From: Hyphomicrobiales bacterium
Lineage (GTDB): Bacteria > Pseudomonadota > Alphaproteobacteria > Rhizobiales > Xanthobacteraceae
DNA length: 64,000 nt
Reading direction: 5' to 3'
Assembly: GCA_019075925.1 (NCBI GenBank)
Contig: JAGXAC010000001.1
Location: forward strand, 2,205-66,204
Below the pieces are notes generated by a model. That model was not told where the DNA came from. It made no database searches and saw nothing but the letters and a program-made list of their open reading frames with translations. Positions 1 through 9,820 of this stretch are shown piece by piece. Position numbers and translations under genes: made by a program. Each line of letters begins with the position of its first letter. Within the stretch, counting starts at the first letter, position 1.

Positions 1-82
1 CGTCGCCGATTGCCTTGCTGTCGCCAAGCGAGGTCCCTAGCCTGCGGCGAGCGTGGGGCCGACGATCGCTGGTTGCCGGATA

Positions 83-142
83 GGCAGCCTGGAACAAGGC
101 AGCCTGGAACAAGGCAGCCCGGAACAAGGCAGCCCGGAACAA
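83..142. repeat. Perfectly phased 15-bp tandem repeat x4 (GGCAGCCTGGAACAA x2, then GGCAGCCCGGAACAA x2)
   Basis: Read directly: units at 83-97, 98-112, 113-127 and 128-142. The array ends 47 bp upstream of the pepN ATG at 190. Confidence 0.9.
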
Positions 143-189
143 GTCTTGCACTTTTCATCGCTGCATAAAGCTTCTACATCAGACCAGTC

Positions 190-2838
190 ATGCGCACCGA
201 AGAACCGCATCCGTTCCGCCTCAAGGATTACCGCCCGCCGGATTGGCTGATCGAAACCGTCGACCTAGACGTTTCCCTCGATCCGACCGCGACAATTGTT
301 CGCGCCAAGCTATGGGTCACGCCGAACAGTACCGGCCGGCCGGCCCCGCTTATTCTCGACGGCGAAGACCTCAAGCTCCTGTCGCTCACTTTCGACGGAG
401 CCCCGCTGCCGGCCGCAAACTTCGTCGCCACGCCGGACCGGTTGACTATCGCGCAGCTTCCTCGCCGGGCGTTCGAACTCGGGATTGAAACCGTCATCGA
501 CCCTGCCGCCAACAGCCAGCTGATGGGTCTTTACCGCGCCGGTTCCACCTATTGCACGCAGTGCGAAGCGGAAGGCTTTCGCCGCATTACGTATTTCCTC
601 GACCGTCCCGATGTGATGGCGGTTTACACCACCCGCATCGAGGCCGACAAATCCGAGGCGCCGGTGCTGCTTGCCAACGGCAACCTCATCGACCAAGGCG
701 ATGTGCCGGGCGGCAACCGGCATTTCGCGGTTTGGCACGATCCGTTCAAGAAACCCTGTTATCTGTTCGCGCTGGTCGGCGGCAATCTTGCGCGCGTCAC
801 CGATTCTTTCACGACCATGTCAGGGCGCAACGTTGCGCTGCATATTTACGTCGAGCCGGGCAAGGAAGATCGTTGCTTCTACGCTATGGACAGCCTCAAG
901 CGCGCCATGCGCTGGGACGAGCAAACTTTCGGCCGCGAATACGATCTCGATATTTTCATGATCGTCGCGGTTTCGGCCTTCAACATGGGAGCGATGGAAA
1001 ATAAAGGACTCAACATCTTTAACGACAAATACGTGCTGGCGTCGCCCGCGACCGCGACCGACAGCGATTACGCGCATATCGAAGCGGTGATCGCCCACGA
1101 ATATTTTCACAACTGGACCGGCGACCGCATCACCTGCCGCGACTGGTTTCAGCTTTGCCTGAAGGAAGGACTTACCGTCTTCCGCGATGAAGAATTTTCG
1201 GCAGATCAGCGATCGCGCGCGGTCGAACGGATCGGCGACGTGCGTGCATTACGTTCGCATCAATTCGTCGAGGACGCCGGCCCGCTTGCTCATCCGGTGA
1301 GGCCGGAGGTCTATCACGAGATCAACAACTTCTATACGACCACCGTCTACGACAAGGGTGGCGAAGTCGTTCGCATGATCAAGGTGCTGCTCGGCGCCGA
1401 TATCTTTCGCAAGGGGATGGACCTCTACTTCACCCGCCACGACGGGGAAGCCGCAACCGTCGAACAGTTTATTCAATGCTTCGCTGACGTCAGCGGGCGT
1501 GACTTCTCCCAATTCATGCTTTGGTACACCCAGGCCGGAACACCGGAAATCCGGGTAGCGCCGCACTACGATGCTCGGGCAAAAACCTTTCGCCTCGACT
1601 TGACGCAGACCGTGCCGCCGACACCCGGCCAACCCGAGAAAGCGCCGATGCTGATTCCTCTCTCGGTTGGGCTGGTTGGGCAGAACGGCGCCGATTTGCC
1701 GCTGATGATCGATGGCAAGGTGCTGCCGCGAAATGTCATCGATCTGAGCCAACCGGGCCAAAGCTTTGTCTTCACCGGGGTTGCCGAGCGCCCAATCCTT
1801 TCGCTCAACCGCGGCTTCTCCGCGCCGGTTAGGCTCATTCTGCCGATCGAGCCAAACGATTTGCGATTTCTCGCCACGCACGATTGCGATCCGTTCAATC
1901 GTTGGCAGGCGGCGCAGACACTGGCCATGTCGCTATTGACCGCCAATGTCGCGGCTCTGCGCGGCGGCACCCCTACCGGCGGGATAGACGGCTTGACGGC
2001 CGCGCTTGGGACTGTCCTTTCCGACGCCACGCTCGAACCGGCGTTCGTCGCGCTGACGCTGACGCCGCCCAGCGAAAACGATATCGCCCGCGAAATCGGC
2101 CGGGATATCGATCCGGAGGCGATATTCGTTGCACGCAGGAATTTGCGCGTTGCCATCGGCCGCAGCCTCGCCGGAGCGTTGGCCGAAAAATACCGGCAGA
2201 TGATGACGCCCGGTCCCTATCGGCCGGATGCCGCCAGCGCGGGCCGGCGCTCGCTTAAAAACGTCTGCCTCGACCTCATGACCGCGAGCGAGGACGATCA
2301 GCCGATCACGCTTGCCTTCTCTCAATACCAAAGCGCCGATAACATGACCGATCGCATGGCAGCACTGGAAACGCTGGCCTCGCACGACCGACCTGAACGA
2401 ACCCAGGCCTTGGAGGACTTCTACGCCACCTACCAGGGTGACCCGCTGATTATCGATAAGTGGCTCGCCCTGCAGGCGGCGATACCGGAGCCGGGCACAC
2501 TTGACCGCGTGCGCGCACTCACCGCGCATCCGGCATTCTCCATGGCCAATCCCAACCGGGTGCGCGCGCTGATCGGCTCGTTCGCGCAAGTCAATCATAC
2601 CCAGTTCAATCGGCCGGACGGCGCCGGCTACGATTTCGTAGCCGACACGGTGCTCGCGCTCGATCCGAAAAACCCGCAAGTAGCCGCCCGCCTGATGGGA
2701 GCCTTCCGCTCCTGGCGTGTGCTGGAGCCGCGGCGGCGTGAACGTGCCGAAGCGACTTTGCGCCGTGTGGCGACCGTACCGTCGCTCTCGCGCGACGTCA
2801 CCGATATCGTTGCCCGAACGCTCGCCGCCGAGGGATAA
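190..2838 (+). CDS. pepN: Aminopeptidase N (M1 zinc metallopeptidase)
   Basis: 882-aa ORF with the GAMENKGLNIF exopeptidase motif and the HEYFHNWTGDRIT zinc site. ATG at 190. Confidence 0.93.
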   Translation: MRTEEPHPFRLKDYRPPDWLIETVDLDVSLDPTATIVRAKLWVTPNSTGRPAPLILDGEDLKLLSLTFDGAPLPAANFVATPDRLTIAQLPRRAFELGIETVIDPAANSQLMGLYRAGSTYCTQCEAEGFRRITYFLDRPDVMAVYTTRIEADKSEAPVLLANGNLIDQGDVPGGNRHFAVWHDPFKKPCYLFALVGGNLARVTDSFTTMSGRNVALHIYVEPGKEDRCFYAMDSLKRAMRWDEQTFGREYDLDIFMIVAVSAFNMGAMENKGLNIFNDKYVLASPATATDSDYAHIEAVIAHEYFHNWTGDRITCRDWFQLCLKEGLTVFRDEEFSADQRSRAVERIGDVRALRSHQFVEDAGPLAHPVRPEVYHEINNFYTTTVYDKGGEVVRMIKVLLGADIFRKGMDLYFTRHDGEAATVEQFIQCFADVSGRDFSQFMLWYTQAGTPEIRVAPHYDARAKTFRLDLTQTVPPTPGQPEKAPMLIPLSVGLVGQNGADLPLMIDGKVLPRNVIDLSQPGQSFVFTGVAERPILSLNRGFSAPVRLILPIEPNDLRFLATHDCDPFNRWQAAQTLAMSLLTANVAALRGGTPTGGIDGLTAALGTVLSDATLEPAFVALTLTPPSENDIAREIGRDIDPEAIFVARRNLRVAIGRSLAGALAEKYRQMMTPGPYRPDAASAGRRSLKNVCLDLMTASEDDQPITLAFSQYQSADNMTDRMAALETLASHDRPERTQALEDFYATYQGDPLIIDKWLALQAAIPEPGTLDRVRALTAHPAFSMANPNRVRALIGSFAQVNHTQFNRPDGAGYDFVADTVLALDPKNPQVAARLMGAFRSWRVLEPRRRERAEATLRRVATVPSLSRDVTDIVARTLAAEG

Positions 2839-2852
2839 TTTCGTGTGTCGCT

Positions 2853-3659
2853 CTACACCGCCGAACTCGGCGGGAAAGCCGGCTTGCGTTTCTCAAGATG
2901 GGCGGCAAGCCCTTCCGCCGCTTCCGGGCCGGTGAAGCCCATAAACTCCAACGCCAAGGACGCGTCGAAGATCGGCCCGGCCTGACGAAGCCAATTGTTG
3001 AGGGAAAATTTGGTCCAGCGAATGGCGCTTTGTGCGCCCTCGGCCAGACGCGTCGCCACCTTGACTACCTCGCTGTCCAGATCGGCATCCTCGACCGCCA
3101 TGCTGACAACGCCGATCCGTTCCGCTTCCGCACCGAGCAGTTGATCGCAGAGCAATAGATAATATTTGGCTTTGGCCATGCCACACAAAAGCGGCCAGAC
3201 AATCGCCGCGTGATCCCCCGCCGCGACGCCCAATCGAGTGTGGCCGTCGATAATGCGGCATTCTTTGCTGGCAATCGAAATGTCCGCGAGGAGACCGCAG
3301 ACCAATCCGGCGCCCACTGCAACGCCGCGCATGGCGCTGACGATCGGCTTCGAGCAGTTGATGATGTTGTAGACAATATCGCTTGCCTCGCGCCAGACGC
3401 GAGCACGATCGTCGAAATTGCCGATGATATCCTTGATCATTCCGAAATCGCCCCCGGCGGAAAACATGGTGCCGGCGCCGGTGATGATCGCCGCGTTGAT
3501 TGCAGGGTCGGCATCGACATCCCGCCAGACCCGCGCCAGTTCTGCATGCATGGCTCGATCGGCAGTGTTGAATTTGCCGTTGTCCATGGTGATGCGCAGC
3601 ACTTTGGGATGCGGCGTATCGAATTTCAGCCTCGTATAGCCGGAGTAACGACCACTCAT
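2853..3659 (-). CDS. Enoyl-CoA hydratase/isomerase (crotonase) family protein
   Basis: Crotonase signature ITGAGTMFSAGGDFG. The ORF extends to 3725, but the ATG at 3659 (MSGRYSGYTRLKF...) gives a typical 268-aa protein. Confidence 0.85.
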   Translation of the reverse strand: MSGRYSGYTRLKFDTPHPKVLRITMDNGKFNTADRAMHAELARVWRDVDADPAINAAIITGAGTMFSAGGDFGMIKDIIGNFDDRARVWREASDIVYNIINCSKPIVSAMRGVAVGAGLVCGLLADISIASKECRIIDGHTRLGVAAGDHAAIVWPLLCGMAKAKYYLLLCDQLLGAEAERIGVVSMAVEDADLDSEVVKVATRLAEGAQSAIRWTKFSLNNWLRQAGPIFDASLALEFMGFTGPEAAEGLAAHLEKRKPAFPPSSAV

Positions 3660-3824
3660 GATGCACCCTCGCCTGTCGTTTCCAAAAGTCATGCTTAGAC
3701 CGCAATGAAACCCTTTCACTGTCAAGACGAGAAGCGGCCCGCGCGAGGCGATGAGCGGGACTTCGCTGATGAACGTAGATTTGACGCTCGGACGCCAAGG
3801 AAATGCGCACCATCCCGTTGATTT

Positions 3825-3941
3825 GACTCACGCTTTGCCGGCAATAGCGAAAAACATCGGAAAGTGCGGGCAAAATTAAGAAAAATATTGATTCCCGACT
3901 CTCGACAAATCGACGCGCATCGATTCATATCGGAGTGATTC
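3825..3941 (+). promoter_or_regulatory. Cluster of five GANTC (CcrM-type methylation) sites plus an 18-bp imperfect palindrome upstream of the PleC-like kinase
   Basis: GACTC 3825-3829, GATTC 3890-3894, GACTC 3897-3901, GATTC 3922-3926, GATTC 3937-3941. Palindrome AATCGAcGCGCaTCGATT at 3908-3925. The region is AT-rich relative to its flanks. Confidence 0.4.
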
Positions 3942-4010
3942 GGAAAGAACCGGCAAAGTTTAATTCCTTCCGAACGCGGGTGCAGGGGACGTTCCAAAAC
4001 GGAGGCAGGC

Positions 4011-6347
4011 ATGGCGCGCGCCAACTTGGCGAGTGCGTCTCTACGACCGGATTCGATCCAGGGCTTGGCCAAATCGATTGCCAAACCCGCCTATCGACGC
4101 CTGTTGAGCGCGGAACCGCTTCTACGCCGCGCCGTACCGGTTCTCATTGTCGCCTTTCTGATCACGATTTGCATCGGCGCCGCGGTGCAGGTCCTCGAAC
4201 AGCGCCGGCAAGTTATGCTGCAAGCACGTCAAGCAATCGAGGCGCTCGCCGATCAACTGGCGATTGAGCTTGATCGCACCGGCCGCGAGGCAAAAGGGAC
4301 GTCAGGCCGCACCGCTGCTGCTCTCGATCGGGTATTGCCGCGTTGGGCAATGGCAGGCAAGCGATCGATATTGGTCGCCGGTTCGGACGGAATCATCGTC
4401 GCCGCCAATCCACCCGATCCACAGAAGATCGGCCGCCGTATTCTTGACGTCCTCGGCCCATCGCAAGCTTTGACCGCATATGGCGAGGAAGGCGGCACGC
4501 TCGAGATCGCTTTGCCGGACGGTAAAGCGGCTTTGGCGACGGTGCGGGCGCTGCGCAACCCGCTCGGCCTCGTCGCCGTCACAGAACGTGCCGATGACGC
4601 ACTTGCCGGTTGGCGCTCGGCAACCGCACTCACCGTCACTCTGTCGGCCACGACCGGGTTTGTCGTGCTTATCCTCGGCTTCGCGTTTCATTGGCAGGCA
4701 ACCCGTGCCCGCGAGGCGGACGCCATCCATGACACGGTGCGCTGCCGAATCGATATGGCGCTCGATCGCGGCCGCTGCGGCCTGTGGGACTGGGACTTGG
4801 CCCGCGGTCGAGTGTTTTGGTCTCGCTCCATGTTCGACATCCTCGGCCTTCCCGCCAAGGACGATTTGCTCAGCTTTGGGGAGCTTGATGCGCTGGTTCA
4901 TCCGGACGACATCGATCTTTATGGACTTGCCCATCAACTCGCCGATGGCGGGACCAAATCGATCGATCACGCTTTCCGCATGCGCCATGCCAGCGGTCAT
5001 TGGTTGTGGCTGCGGGTGCGCTGCGAGATGACACGTCAGCAAGCCGACGCAGGCCCGCATCTCATCGGCATCGCAGTCGATGTATCCGAACAGAAGGATC
5101 TGGTGGAGAAAACCACCGCCGCCGATTTGCGCCTGGCTGACGCCATCGAAACCATCCCCGAAGCATTCGTCCTGTGGGACGCCGATAACCGGCTGGTGCT
5201 TTGCAATTCGAAGTTCCAGGAATTACACCGCCTACCCGACGCTGCCGTCATCGCCGGAACACCCTATGAAAACGTGGTCGCTGCCGGCCGAAAACCGATC
5301 GTCCGCACCACCATCGCGAACGAAGACTCCCAGCGGCAGGGCGCACGCACCTTCGAAGCCCAACTCAACGATGGACGCTGGCTGCATATCAGCGAGCGGC
5401 GCACCAAGGATGGCGGTTATGTCTCCGTCGGCACAGACATAACGAAAATCAAACAACACGAACAAAAGCTCGTTGAGGGCGAAAAGCGCCGGATCGCCAC
5501 CATCAACGATCTGCGCCACTCGCAGCAGGCGCTTGAGCGCCAGACCGGCGCGTTGGCCGATCTTGCGGGAAAATACGCGGAAGAGAAAACTCGCGCCGAG
5601 GAGGCCAACGCGGCCAAATCGAAATTCCTCGCCAACATGAGTCACGAGTTGCGGACACCGCTTAACGCCATCATCGGCTTCTCCGAAATCATGGAATCGG
5701 CGATGTTCGGACCGCTGGGGGCCGACAAATATCTCGAATACTCGCGCGACATTCGTGAAAGCGGCCAATTCCTGCTCGACGTCATCAACGACATTCTCGA
5801 TATGTCGAAGATCGAAGCGGGCGGTATTCACCTTCAACCGGAAGCGGTGGAACTTGATCCTATCCTCGTTGACTGTCTGCGGGTTGTTGCCGGCCGCGCC
5901 AACGAAAAGCATCTGACGTTAAACCCGCAGGTCGCGCCCGGCGTCACGCTCGCCGCCGACCGTCGGGCGCTCAAGCAGATCACGCTCAACCTCCTCTCCA
6001 ATGCGGTGAAGTTTACGCCCGACAACGGATCGGTCAGCGTCCGCGGCCACGTTCGCGGCGGCATGGTCACGATCGCGATCGCCGACAGCGGCATTGGCAT
6101 CTCGAAAGACGCGCTGCGCAAACTTGGCCGGCCGTTCGAACAGGTCGAAAGCCAGTTGACCAAAACCTATCAGGGGTCGGGACTCGGGCTGGCCATCGCC
6201 AAATCGCTTATCGAACTGCACGGCGGCAGCATGCGCATCCGTTCCGCGCTGGGGCGAGGTACGACTGTCATCGTGCGGCTGCCGCTCTCGCAAAACACGC
6301 AGGCAGACGCCGACGAAGATGCGGTCCCCCTGCCCTTGGCAAGTTGA
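4011..6347 (+). CDS. pleC: PAS-domain sensor histidine kinase, PleC-like architecture
   Basis: 778 aa. Two TM segments flank a periplasmic region, followed by two PAS-like regions, the H-box FLANMSHELRTPLNAIIGFSE and ATPase boxes (NAVKFT, DSGIGI, GSGLGLAI). GGAGG lies just upstream of the ATG. A position between pepN and glnE matches my recollection of pleC synteny in Sinorhizobium. The symbol is a hypothesis. Confidence 0.85.
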   Translation: MARANLASASLRPDSIQGLAKSIAKPAYRRLLSAEPLLRRAVPVLIVAFLITICIGAAVQVLEQRRQVMLQARQAIEALADQLAIELDRTGREAKGTSGRTAAALDRVLPRWAMAGKRSILVAGSDGIIVAANPPDPQKIGRRILDVLGPSQALTAYGEEGGTLEIALPDGKAALATVRALRNPLGLVAVTERADDALAGWRSATALTVTLSATTGFVVLILGFAFHWQATRAREADAIHDTVRCRIDMALDRGRCGLWDWDLARGRVFWSRSMFDILGLPAKDDLLSFGELDALVHPDDIDLYGLAHQLADGGTKSIDHAFRMRHASGHWLWLRVRCEMTRQQADAGPHLIGIAVDVSEQKDLVEKTTAADLRLADAIETIPEAFVLWDADNRLVLCNSKFQELHRLPDAAVIAGTPYENVVAAGRKPIVRTTIANEDSQRQGARTFEAQLNDGRWLHISERRTKDGGYVSVGTDITKIKQHEQKLVEGEKRRIATINDLRHSQQALERQTGALADLAGKYAEEKTRAEEANAAKSKFLANMSHELRTPLNAIIGFSEIMESAMFGPLGADKYLEYSRDIRESGQFLLDVINDILDMSKIEAGGIHLQPEAVELDPILVDCLRVVAGRANEKHLTLNPQVAPGVTLAADRRALKQITLNLLSNAVKFTPDNGSVSVRGHVRGGMVTIAIADSGIGISKDALRKLGRPFEQVESQLTKTYQGSGLGLAIAKSLIELHGGSMRIRSALGRGTTVIVRLPLSQNTQADADEDAVPLPLAS

Positions 6348-6407
6348 CCGGCCCTTGCTGTCACGATGGAGCGCCTATAGATGTGAAATGATGTGAATTA
6401 AGGCCGG

Positions 6408-6836
6408 ATGGATCGCCGCGTGCCACAACAAATCAAAATCGGATTTCGTGCGCTGCTCGATGCCGCGGAGCGCGAGATCGAAACCTTATCGGTCGAACAG
6501 GCGATCGCGCTGCACGGACACAATGACGTAAATTTCATCGATTTGCGTGATCCACGCGAGCTTGAACGCGAGGGCCGCATACCCGGTGCGTTTCATTGCC
6601 CGCGCGGCATGCTCGAATTCTGGGTCGATCCGGAAAGCCCCTATCACAAGCCGCTCTTTGCCGAGGACAAGCGGTTTGTGTTCTTCTGCGCTGGCGGCTG
6701 GCGCTCGGCGCTTGCCGCCCAAACGGCACATCGGATGGGGCTGCAACCGGTCGCCCACATCAAGGGCGGCTTCGGCGAATGGCGCAAAGCCGGTGGTCCG
6801 GTCGTGCCGCCAACGGCAAAGCCGAAATCGGGCTAA
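6408..6836 (+). CDS. Rhodanese-like sulfurtransferase domain protein
   Basis: 142 aa with the active-site loop FFCAGGWRS. Its TAA overlaps the TAG of the convergent glnE. Confidence 0.8.
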   Translation: MDRRVPQQIKIGFRALLDAAEREIETLSVEQAIALHGHNDVNFIDLRDPRELEREGRIPGAFHCPRGMLEFWVDPESPYHKPLFAEDKRFVFFCAGGWRSALAAQTAHRMGLQPVAHIKGGFGEWRKAGGPVVPPTAKPKSG

Positions 6837-9820
6837 GGCGCTCTCCCCAAAATCCGCACGAAGCACTCGCGTACCTGCCGCTGTGTCTCGGCGAGATAGG
6901 CCTGCAACGCGGGAAAGTCGGGCAAGTCGGCCGCACGAGCCAACAACGCAAGGACGCCGGCGCCCGCCGACTTCGGGTCAAACGCGCCCGCCAGGCAAAG
7001 CCGCAGGATTTGCGTCAGGTCTTGCATGAGCAATACGGCCGGACGAAGTACGGTAGCGTCTTCCGGTTTAAGGATGCCGGCGCGGGCGGCCTTCTCCAGC
7101 ACACGCGTGGTTGAGGTGTCGAGAAGATCCGGCATCGCCGCGGCATGCACGAGCTGCAAATATTGCGCGATGAATTCGATATCGACGAGTCCGCCTGCCG
7201 CGTATTTCAGATCCCAAGGGTCGGCATCCCCCTTTTCGACGGCGATCGCCCCGCGCATCTCGATGACGTCGGCGGCGGTCTTTTGTGCATCGCGTTTGTT
7301 CTTCAACACCGAATGGATTGCCGCTTCGACTCGCGCTGCAAAAGCGGGCGACGCCGAAATAATACGAGCACGGGTGAGCGCCATATGCTCCCACGTCCAG
7401 GCCTCTTGCTCCTGGTAGCTGGTGAAGCTGTCGATATGCGTGGCCAACGGTCCGGAACGGCCGGAAGGCCGCAGACGCATGTCGACGTGGTAGAGCACGC
7501 CATAATTGGTCTGCACCGTCAGCGCGCTGATCAACCGCTGGGTTAAGCGGGCGAAATACTGAGCGCCATAGAGCGAACGCCCGCCGTCGGAGTTCGGGTG
7601 TGCAGCGTCGAAGTCGTAGACGACGATTAGATCGAGGTCGGAGCTCGCGGTCATCTCGCGCGCCCCAAGCCGCCCGAGCGCAACGATAGCCGTCTCCTGG
7701 CCGCGTAAACGGCCGTGGAGGGCGGCAAAGTCTGCCTCCACCCGCGTGTGCAGTGCGCTAACAAGAACATCGGCAAGGCCGGCAAAGACATCGCCCGCCT
7801 GTTCTGCCGACACCGAGCCCGACAAAATGCGTGCCCCGATCAGAAACATGTTTTCCTGGCCAAACATACGGATGGCGTCGAGCATGGCCTCATAGCCCGG
7901 TGTTTCCGAAAGCAAGCGGGCGAGTTCCGCCTGCAATCGCCTTGCATCGGGCAATGCTCCGAAGAAGCTCGGATCGATCAACGGATCGATGACGTGCGGG
8001 TGCTGCGAAAGAATGTCGGTAAGCCGCGGCGCCGTACCCAGGATCAGCGCGATGAACCGAACAAGTTCGGGATTTTGCCGTAGCAGCGACAAAAGTCGTC
8101 CACCGGCCCGCAATCCGGCGAGAAAATTGTCGAACGCGGCAAACGCTTTGTCCGGATTTTCCGCCTTTGAGAACTGATCGATAACGACCGGAATGAGCTC
8201 GACGAGATTCTTTCGCGCCTGCTCGCCGTGCAGCGCGCGATAGGACCCCGCCTGCCAGCGCCGCACCGCGGCAGCAAGCTCGCGCGGCTGGCGAAACCCC
8301 ATTTCAGTCAACCGATCCAGCGTTTCGTGATCGTCCTCGTATTCGCCGGAGGCAAACGACAGGTTCTGCTGCTGGGCAAGCAGCGCCGGCGCGCTTTCGA
8401 ACAACCGCACATAGTGCTTTTCGACCACACGCAAATGCTTGAGCAATTCGGCCGCGAATTCGTCGGCATCGGCAAATCCCAGAAAGCGGGCGAATGCTTC
8501 GAAGGCCTGGCGCTCGGTTGGCAATGTATGCGTCTGTTCGTCGGCCATCATTTGCAGCCGGTGCTCGACACGGCGCAAAAAATCGTACGCCACGCTCAAT
8601 TCCGTGCACGTAGCGGCATCGATCCAGCCACCCGCCGCAAGTGTCAGCAAGGTTCCGATCGTCTCCCGGCCGCGCAAACCCAGATGACGACCTCCGGCGA
8701 TTAGCTGCTGAGTTTGCACAAAAAATTCGATTTCACGGATGCCGCCGCGACCGAGCTTGATGTTGTGGCCTTCGACCGCAATCTCGCCGTGGCCGCGGTA
8801 TGCATGAATCTGCTGCTTCATTGCGTGAACGTCGGCCACCGCGGCGTAATCAAGATATTTCCGCCAGATAAACGGCGCCAGCGCAGCCAGAAGCCTTTCG
8901 CCCGCGGCGAGATCACCCGCGCTCGGACGTGCTTTGATCAGCGCCGCGCGTTCCCACGTCTGACCGCGGCTCTCGTAATAATCGATGGCGGCGTCCATTG
9001 AGATGGCGATCTGCGTAGAGGCGGGATCGGGACGAAGCCGCAAATCGACGCGAAAGACATATCCGTCCGCTGTTCGCTCCTGCAAAAGCTTCACCAAGTC
9101 GCGTGTGAGCCGAACGTAGAATTGGCCAGGGTCAATATCGGCGGCGAGCCGGCCGGCTGCCGGGTCGAAAAACACCATAAGGTCGATGTCGCTGGAAAAA
9201 TTAAGCTCACCGGCCCCCAGCTTGCCCATCGCGAGTACGACATAGCCCGAACCCGCCGCCGGATCGCGCGAGTCAACCGGCAGGAATTTCTTGCGTGCGG
9301 CCGCTTCGCCGAGAAGATGCTGAATTGCCAGACCAAGCGTCACGTCCGCGATTTGCGTGAGCGCGTCGGTAACTTGCGCAACGGACCATACGCCGCCGAG
9401 ATCGGCCAAAGCGATCAGAAGCGCCGCGTCAGCCTTGGCGCGGCGAAGAACGCGGGAAATTTTCGCCGGGGCCCGGGCCGAGCGGGCCGTGTGGCGGGCC
9501 GATCTCAGGATCTGCGCAAGCGATTGTTCCGGATCGCCGGTGAAGTATCGCAGCGCACGCGAAGGATCGGCCTCGATAAGCTCCCAAAGATATGGAGCCG
9601 TTTCCGCGATACCGGCCAAAAGCTCACCAAGCTTGCGATATTTCCCGACAAGGGACGCGAGCACTCGGCCATCGGCCCTGCGCACCAGGCCTTTCAGCCA
9701 CTCCGAAAGGCGATGGCGCCCGATTGCCGAGGCACGCGGCAAGGCGGCGGCCAGTCGCCGCACCATCGCTGCCGAATCCGTGGTTTGTTTGCGCGGTTTC
9801 CTGGGCGCGGTACGCCGCAT
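6833..9820 (-). CDS. glnE: Bifunctional glutamine synthetase adenylyltransferase/adenylyl-removing enzyme
   Basis: ~995 aa with duplicated nucleotidyltransferase halves typical of GlnE (SDIDLMVFF / SDLDLIVVY). The ATG at 9820 overlaps the TGA of the upstream kinase by 1 nt. Confidence 0.92.
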   Translation of the reverse strand: MRRTAPRKPRKQTTDSAAMVRRLAAALPRASAIGRHRLSEWLKGLVRRADGRVLASLVGKYRKLGELLAGIAETAPYLWELIEADPSRALRYFTGDPEQSLAQILRSARHTARSARAPAKISRVLRRAKADAALLIALADLGGVWSVAQVTDALTQIADVTLGLAIQHLLGEAAARKKFLPVDSRDPAAGSGYVVLAMGKLGAGELNFSSDIDLMVFFDPAAGRLAADIDPGQFYVRLTRDLVKLLQERTADGYVFRVDLRLRPDPASTQIAISMDAAIDYYESRGQTWERAALIKARPSAGDLAAGERLLAALAPFIWRKYLDYAAVADVHAMKQQIHAYRGHGEIAVEGHNIKLGRGGIREIEFFVQTQQLIAGGRHLGLRGRETIGTLLTLAAGGWIDAATCTELSVAYDFLRRVEHRLQMMADEQTHTLPTERQAFEAFARFLGFADADEFAAELLKHLRVVEKHYVRLFESAPALLAQQQNLSFASGEYEDDHETLDRLTEMGFRQPRELAAAVRRWQAGSYRALHGEQARKNLVELIPVVIDQFSKAENPDKAFAAFDNFLAGLRAGGRLLSLLRQNPELVRFIALILGTAPRLTDILSQHPHVIDPLIDPSFFGALPDARRLQAELARLLSETPGYEAMLDAIRMFGQENMFLIGARILSGSVSAEQAGDVFAGLADVLVSALHTRVEADFAALHGRLRGQETAIVALGRLGAREMTASSDLDLIVVYDFDAAHPNSDGGRSLYGAQYFARLTQRLISALTVQTNYGVLYHVDMRLRPSGRSGPLATHIDSFTSYQEQEAWTWEHMALTRARIISASPAFAARVEAAIHSVLKNKRDAQKTAADVIEMRGAIAVEKGDADPWDLKYAAGGLVDIEFIAQYLQLVHAAAMPDLLDTSTTRVLEKAARAGILKPEDATVLRPAVLLMQDLTQILRLCLAGAFDPKSAGAGVLALLARAADLPDFPALQAYLAETQRQVRECFVRILGRAP

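Noticed and set aside
83-142. Possibility that the tandem repeat is a degenerate CRISPR array.
   Set aside because: The units are contiguous with no spacers and are only 15 bp long, and no cas genes are present.
53-250. 65-aa ORF encoding GSLEQGSLEQGSPEQGSPEQ across the 15-bp tandem repeat.
   Set aside because: It overlaps the pepN start, has no SD, and its only notable feature is a by-product of the DNA repeat. I treat the region as a non-coding repeat.
3876-3890. TTAA-N7-ATTG, and a second TTAA half-site near 3960, upstream of the PleC-like kinase as possible CtrA boxes.
   Set aside because: Only one half-site matches in each case, which is indistinguishable from chance in an AT-rich spacer.
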